This document shows, piece after piece, positions 28,512 through 32,000 of a stretch of 32,000 nucleotides of DNA. Within the stretch, counting starts at the first letter, position 1. The number at the start of each line of letters is the position of its first letter. A program made the translations under genes and the position numbers. The notes beneath the pieces are model-generated. The model worked only from the letters and a program-made list of their open reading frames with translations. It had not been told where the DNA came from and searched no databases. The DNA is taken from sequence record GU323224.1. The stretch is one strand, 5' to 3'.

Positions 28512-31310
28512 TTAAGCATGTTCTATTTTTCGTCCTTCTAGACGCTTGTTAGCTTCAATAATTTTTTGTCGTAGTGAAGGTTCTTTTTCAATACGATCAT
28601 TAGTTTTATCTTTCTCTTCTACGTCTGCAACTTGACTAAAGTCAACATTACTGTAATCAAATGTAATTTCAATTTCTCTTTTGTAAATATCGTCAAATAT
28701 CGGTGAATAGACTGGTCTACTTCCGTAAATATCTGGCTTTATTTTTTGAGTAACATTTATATTTGTGCCTTCATGTAAAGTATAGCTTAAACATTCTTCA
28801 GCTAATTTATCTTCTAAGAATTTTGTAATTGATCTACGTAATGGTCGAGCTCCATATATTGGATCATAACCTTCTTCAGCAAGAAAGAATCGAACAGCAT
28901 TATCAATATTTAAAACTGCTCCTTGTTCGCCTAGTCGTTTTTTTAGTGAATTTAACATCAAACCACAAATTTCCCAAATATCATGTTTTGACAAATGATT
29001 AAAAACAATAATATCATCGATTCGATTTAAAAATTCTGGGCGGAAGAATTTTTTTAATTCTTCTTGTACTAACTCTGAGATGTGAAGATATTTTTCTTCA
29101 TCTTCTGCTGTTACTTCTTTTTTAACCGGGGGTTTTAAAGAAAAAGTTCCATCAGAATTTATTTGTAATTCAATTCTTTTGCCTTCTATAGCTGCAGGAT
29201 CTAAATTACGACCAAATCCAATTTTTTCTTTAGCTAGTACAGGTGATTCTCTTTCAATTACTCGCGAACCTAAATTCGTTGTCATTACAATAATAGTATT
29301 TTTAAAACTAACAACGCGACCAGTTGAATCTGTTAAATGACCATCATCTAATATTTGTAAAAAAATATTAAAAACATCAGGGTGTGCTTTTTCAACTTCA
29401 TCGAATAAAACAATTGAATATGGTTTTTTTCTTACAGCTTCAGTTAATTGACCACCATCTTGGAAACCTACATAACCGGGAGGAGAACCAATTAATTTAG
29501 CAACAGTATGTCGTTCCATAAATTCCGACATGTCGAATCGAATTAAGTTTTTTTCATCATCGAACATGTACTCGGCTAAAGTTTTTGTTAATTCCGTTTT
29601 CCCAACCCCAGTAGGACCTGCGAAAATAAAACTTGCAATTGGACGTTTTGGATCTTGAATACCAACCCGTGCTCGTCTTACAGCTTTCGAAACAGCTGTA
29701 ATGGCATGATGTTGACCAATTAATCGTTCATGTAAAATGTCTTCCATTAATTTTAGACGTTCATTTTCTGATTGATTAATTTTTGTTGTGGGAATTCCAG
29801 TCCATGCAGAAACAACTTTCGTCACATCTGAGTCAACAACACCATCAATTCGAGGCCCACCAGGTGTTGAATATTTTGAAAATTCCTTTTTAGTTGTCAT
29901 TGCAAATCGCATAATTCGTAAATGTGTTCGAACTTCGATTTCATGATTCAATAATTCTTTAGCTAAACTGAATTGATTTTGTGCAATAGCATCATGTTTA
30001 TCACCTAATGTTTCGTGCAATTCTAAAAGCAATTTTTGTAAACCTTCAGGTAAAGTTTGATTTCGTAAGCGTACACGAGCACCTGCTTCATCGATAACAT
30101 CTATAGCTTTATCTGGTAAATTACGATCGGCAATAAATCGACTTGAAAGTGTCGCTGCTAATTCAAGACAAGAATCTTCATATGCTAATGCATGATGACG
30201 TTGAAATTCTGGTTTTAATCCTCTTAAAATATCAATAGTTGTTTCAATACTTGGTTCTTCTACAATAACGGAATGAAATCTTCGCTCTAGTGCGGGATCT
30301 TTTTCAATATAACGTCGATACTCATCTAATGTAGTAGCCCCAATTACACGTAGTGTTCCTCGCGCTAATGATGGTTTTAAAAGATTTGCTGCATCAACTG
30401 CACCTTCAGCAGCACCTGCTCCAACTATTGTATGAATTTCATCAATTACTAAAATTGTTTTTCCATGATTATTAACTTCTTCAATAATATGTTTCATACG
30501 TTCTTCAAATTCCCCTCGATATTTTGTTCCAGCTAATACTGAACCAAGATCTAACGAACGAATAACATGTTCTCTTAAAAAGTCAGGACAATCAACACTT
30601 TGCATTAATATTGCAAGTCCTTCCGCACATGCAGTTTTTCCAACCCCTGCTTCTCCAACTAAAACTGGATTATTTTTTCGACGACGACCTAAAACTTTGA
30701 CTAAGGCACTAATTTCTTCATCTCGCCCAATAACTGGATCTAATTTATTTTCAATAACTTCTTTTGTAATATTTTCTGAATAAGCATCTAACGATGGTGT
30801 TTTTAATCCATTTTTGTCACGAGCAATTGCCCATTTTTCTTGATCTGTTAAATGAGGTTTTAAAATATCTTCTTGCTGTTCTTCAATATACGTTAGAATT
30901 AAATGGCGTAATTTTGGAATATTAACACGTAAAACATCTAAAGTTCGAATTGCAATCCCTTCACCTTCCGTTAATATAGATAATAAAATATGTTCCGTCC
31001 CAACATAATTTACTCCAAGATCTTGCCCTTCATGAATCGACATTTCTAGTACACGTTTTGCACGTGGTGTAAATGGTATTTCAGAAGCAACATATCCTTT
31101 TCCACGACCGATATACTTTTCAACTTCTTTTCGAGTTTTCTTTAATGTTATATTTAATTGAGCTAATGCACGTCCAGCGATTCCATGTCTTTGACCAATT
31201 GAACCCAATAAGAGTTGTTCTGTACCAACAAAATTATGCCCCATACGACGAGCTTCTTCTTGGCCTAACATTATTACTTTAATAGCCCCTTCTGTAAACT
31301 TCTCAAACAT
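28512..31310 (-). CDS. clpC: ClpC, IR copy B (identical 932-aa product)
   Basis: Translation identical to 779..3577. Confidence 0.97.
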   Translation of the reverse strand: MFEKFTEGAIKVIMLGQEEARRMGHNFVGTEQLLLGSIGQRHGIAGRALAQLNITLKKTRKEVEKYIGRGKGYVASEIPFTPRAKRVLEMSIHEGQDLGVNYVGTEHILLSILTEGEGIAIRTLDVLRVNIPKLRHLILTYIEEQQEDILKPHLTDQEKWAIARDKNGLKTPSLDAYSENITKEVIENKLDPVIGRDEEISALVKVLGRRRKNNPVLVGEAGVGKTACAEGLAILMQSVDCPDFLREHVIRSLDLGSVLAGTKYRGEFEERMKHIIEEVNNHGKTILVIDEIHTIVGAGAAEGAVDAANLLKPSLARGTLRVIGATTLDEYRRYIEKDPALERRFHSVIVEEPSIETTIDILRGLKPEFQRHHALAYEDSCLELAATLSSRFIADRNLPDKAIDVIDEAGARVRLRNQTLPEGLQKLLLELHETLGDKHDAIAQNQFSLAKELLNHEIEVRTHLRIMRFAMTTKKEFSKYSTPGGPRIDGVVDSDVTKVVSAWTGIPTTKINQSENERLKLMEDILHERLIGQHHAITAVSKAVRRARVGIQDPKRPIASFIFAGPTGVGKTELTKTLAEYMFDDEKNLIRFDMSEFMERHTVAKLIGSPPGYVGFQDGGQLTEAVRKKPYSIVLFDEVEKAHPDVFNIFLQILDDGHLTDSTGRVVSFKNTIIVMTTNLGSRVIERESPVLAKEKIGFGRNLDPAAIEGKRIELQINSDGTFSLKPPVKKEVTAEDEEKYLHISELVQEELKKFFRPEFLNRIDDIIVFNHLSKHDIWEICGLMLNSLKKRLGEQGAVLNIDNAVRFFLAEEGYDPIYGARPLRRSITKFLEDKLAEECLSYTLHEGTNINVTQKIKPDIYGSRPVYSPIFDDIYKREIEITFDYSNVDFSQVADVEEKDKTNDRIEKEPSLRQKIIEANKRLEGRKIEHA

Positions 31311-31508
31311 TTTTTTTTAGTAGCATTTTTATTTAACAATACAATAAATAAAAATGATATTTAAACTATGAAAAATTTTTCTATTCACACTAAAAAAATA
31401 TAAAGGTTGATTAATATATAAAAATTTTTATTGGCTCTTATTCTATATTTGCACAATAAACTACTTTTAATTATACTATAAATAGTAATTAAAAACAACT
31501 ATATTTTT

Positions 31509-31579
31509 GGCGGTATGGCCAAGTGGTAAGGCAGTGGATTGCAAATCCTCTATCCCCAGTTCGAATCTGGGTGCCGCCT
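31509..31579 (+). tRNA. trnC: tRNA-Cys(GCA), IR-B copy
   Basis: ggcggtatggccaagtggtaaggcagtggattgcaaatcctctatccccagttcgaatctgggtgccgcct, anticodon GCA. Confidence 0.88.
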
Positions 31580-31647
31580 TTAAATATACATCAATATCAT
31601 TGCTTTTCTTTACTAAAATAAAATATAATATATTTATATTTCTATTT

Positions 31648-31734
31648 GGGGACGTGGTGGAATTGGTAGACACGACGGACTTAAAATCCGTTGCCTAGTG
31701 ATAGTGCGTGAGGGTTCAAGTCCCTCCGTCCCCA
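31648..31734 (+). tRNA. trnL: tRNA-Leu(UAA), IR-B copy
   Basis: ggggacgtggtggaattggtagacacgacggacttaaaatccgt...gagggttcaagtccctccgtcccca, anticodon TAA, long variable arm. Confidence 0.93.
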
Positions 31735-32000
31735 GTTGAATAAATACCCAATAATTTTTTTTCCTTAATTTCGAAAATTTGATAATAATAATGTTAAAGT
31801 TTATAAAGTTTTTTATTAATTCTTTTGTGATAATATGTTATCTACCAACGTTATTACTCCTATTAATAAATTAGTCATATTATTAAATAATTTATTAGTA
31901 GGAGTAATTATCAAGTAAATTCAATTTCTAGTTTATGTCTCCCGTGCGAGAAATTTTTAACTTTGTAATTACTTTTTTAGTATAGCACTGAACAAAAATA

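Larger units (their letters stand above)
28098..32000. repeat. Inverted repeat arm B (IR-B), truncated by the window end
   Basis: Reverse complement of 89..3991. The boundary lies 41 nt after the rps10 stop. Confidence 0.97.

Noticed and set aside
1-32000. CRISPR arrays, insertion sequences, integrases, toxin-antitoxin or other defence or mobile systems
   Set aside because: No regularly spaced direct repeats are present. No ORF has transposase, integrase, nuclease or defence-like motifs. Every ORF of 100 aa or more other than orf127 is a recognisable plastid housekeeping gene.

Overview
AT-rich (roughly 30% GC by eye) segment of a red-algal-derived plastid genome. The gene content (dnaK, groEL, clpC, secY, tufA, thiG, thiS, psb28) and the divergent dnaK / rpl3-to-rps10 ribosomal supercluster match plastids of rhodophytes and their secondary derivatives (ochrophytes, haptophytes, cryptophytes). 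I cannot name the species from sequence alone. The window spans both arms of an inverted repeat: IR-A 1..3991 and IR-B 28098..32000, where position x pairs with 32089-x. Each arm carries trnL(UAA), trnC(GCA) and a 932-aa clpC. The arms flank a complete 24,106-bp single-copy region (3992..28097). That region encodes groEL, trnR, trnQ, psb28, thiS, trnH, rps4, rps16, rps6, trnN, thiG, dnaK and an uninterrupted same-strand run of 30 recognisable genes from rpl3 to rps10 (fused S10-spc-alpha-str-like order, including secY, rpl36, rpoA, tufA). I see no CRISPR array, transposase, integrase, phage or defence-type genes, and no rRNA genes. This is mostly an ordinary, densely packed organellar housekeeping region. 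The items worth a second look are modest: (1) an unrecognisable 127-codon ORF with a strong Shine-Dalgarno inserted between rps19 and rpl22; (2) a 768-bp ORF-free but non-low-complexity spacer between rps16 and rps6; (3) a GC-enriched island in the IR with a perfect AAGGAGG and a 27-codon hydrophobic ORF; (4) a 32-nt copy of the rpl18 5' end in the distal IR; (5) unusually extended rpl5, rpl18 and clpC products; (6) the IR/single-copy architecture itself. All functional assignments come from reading the translated ORFs and folding tRNAs by hand. No database search was possible.
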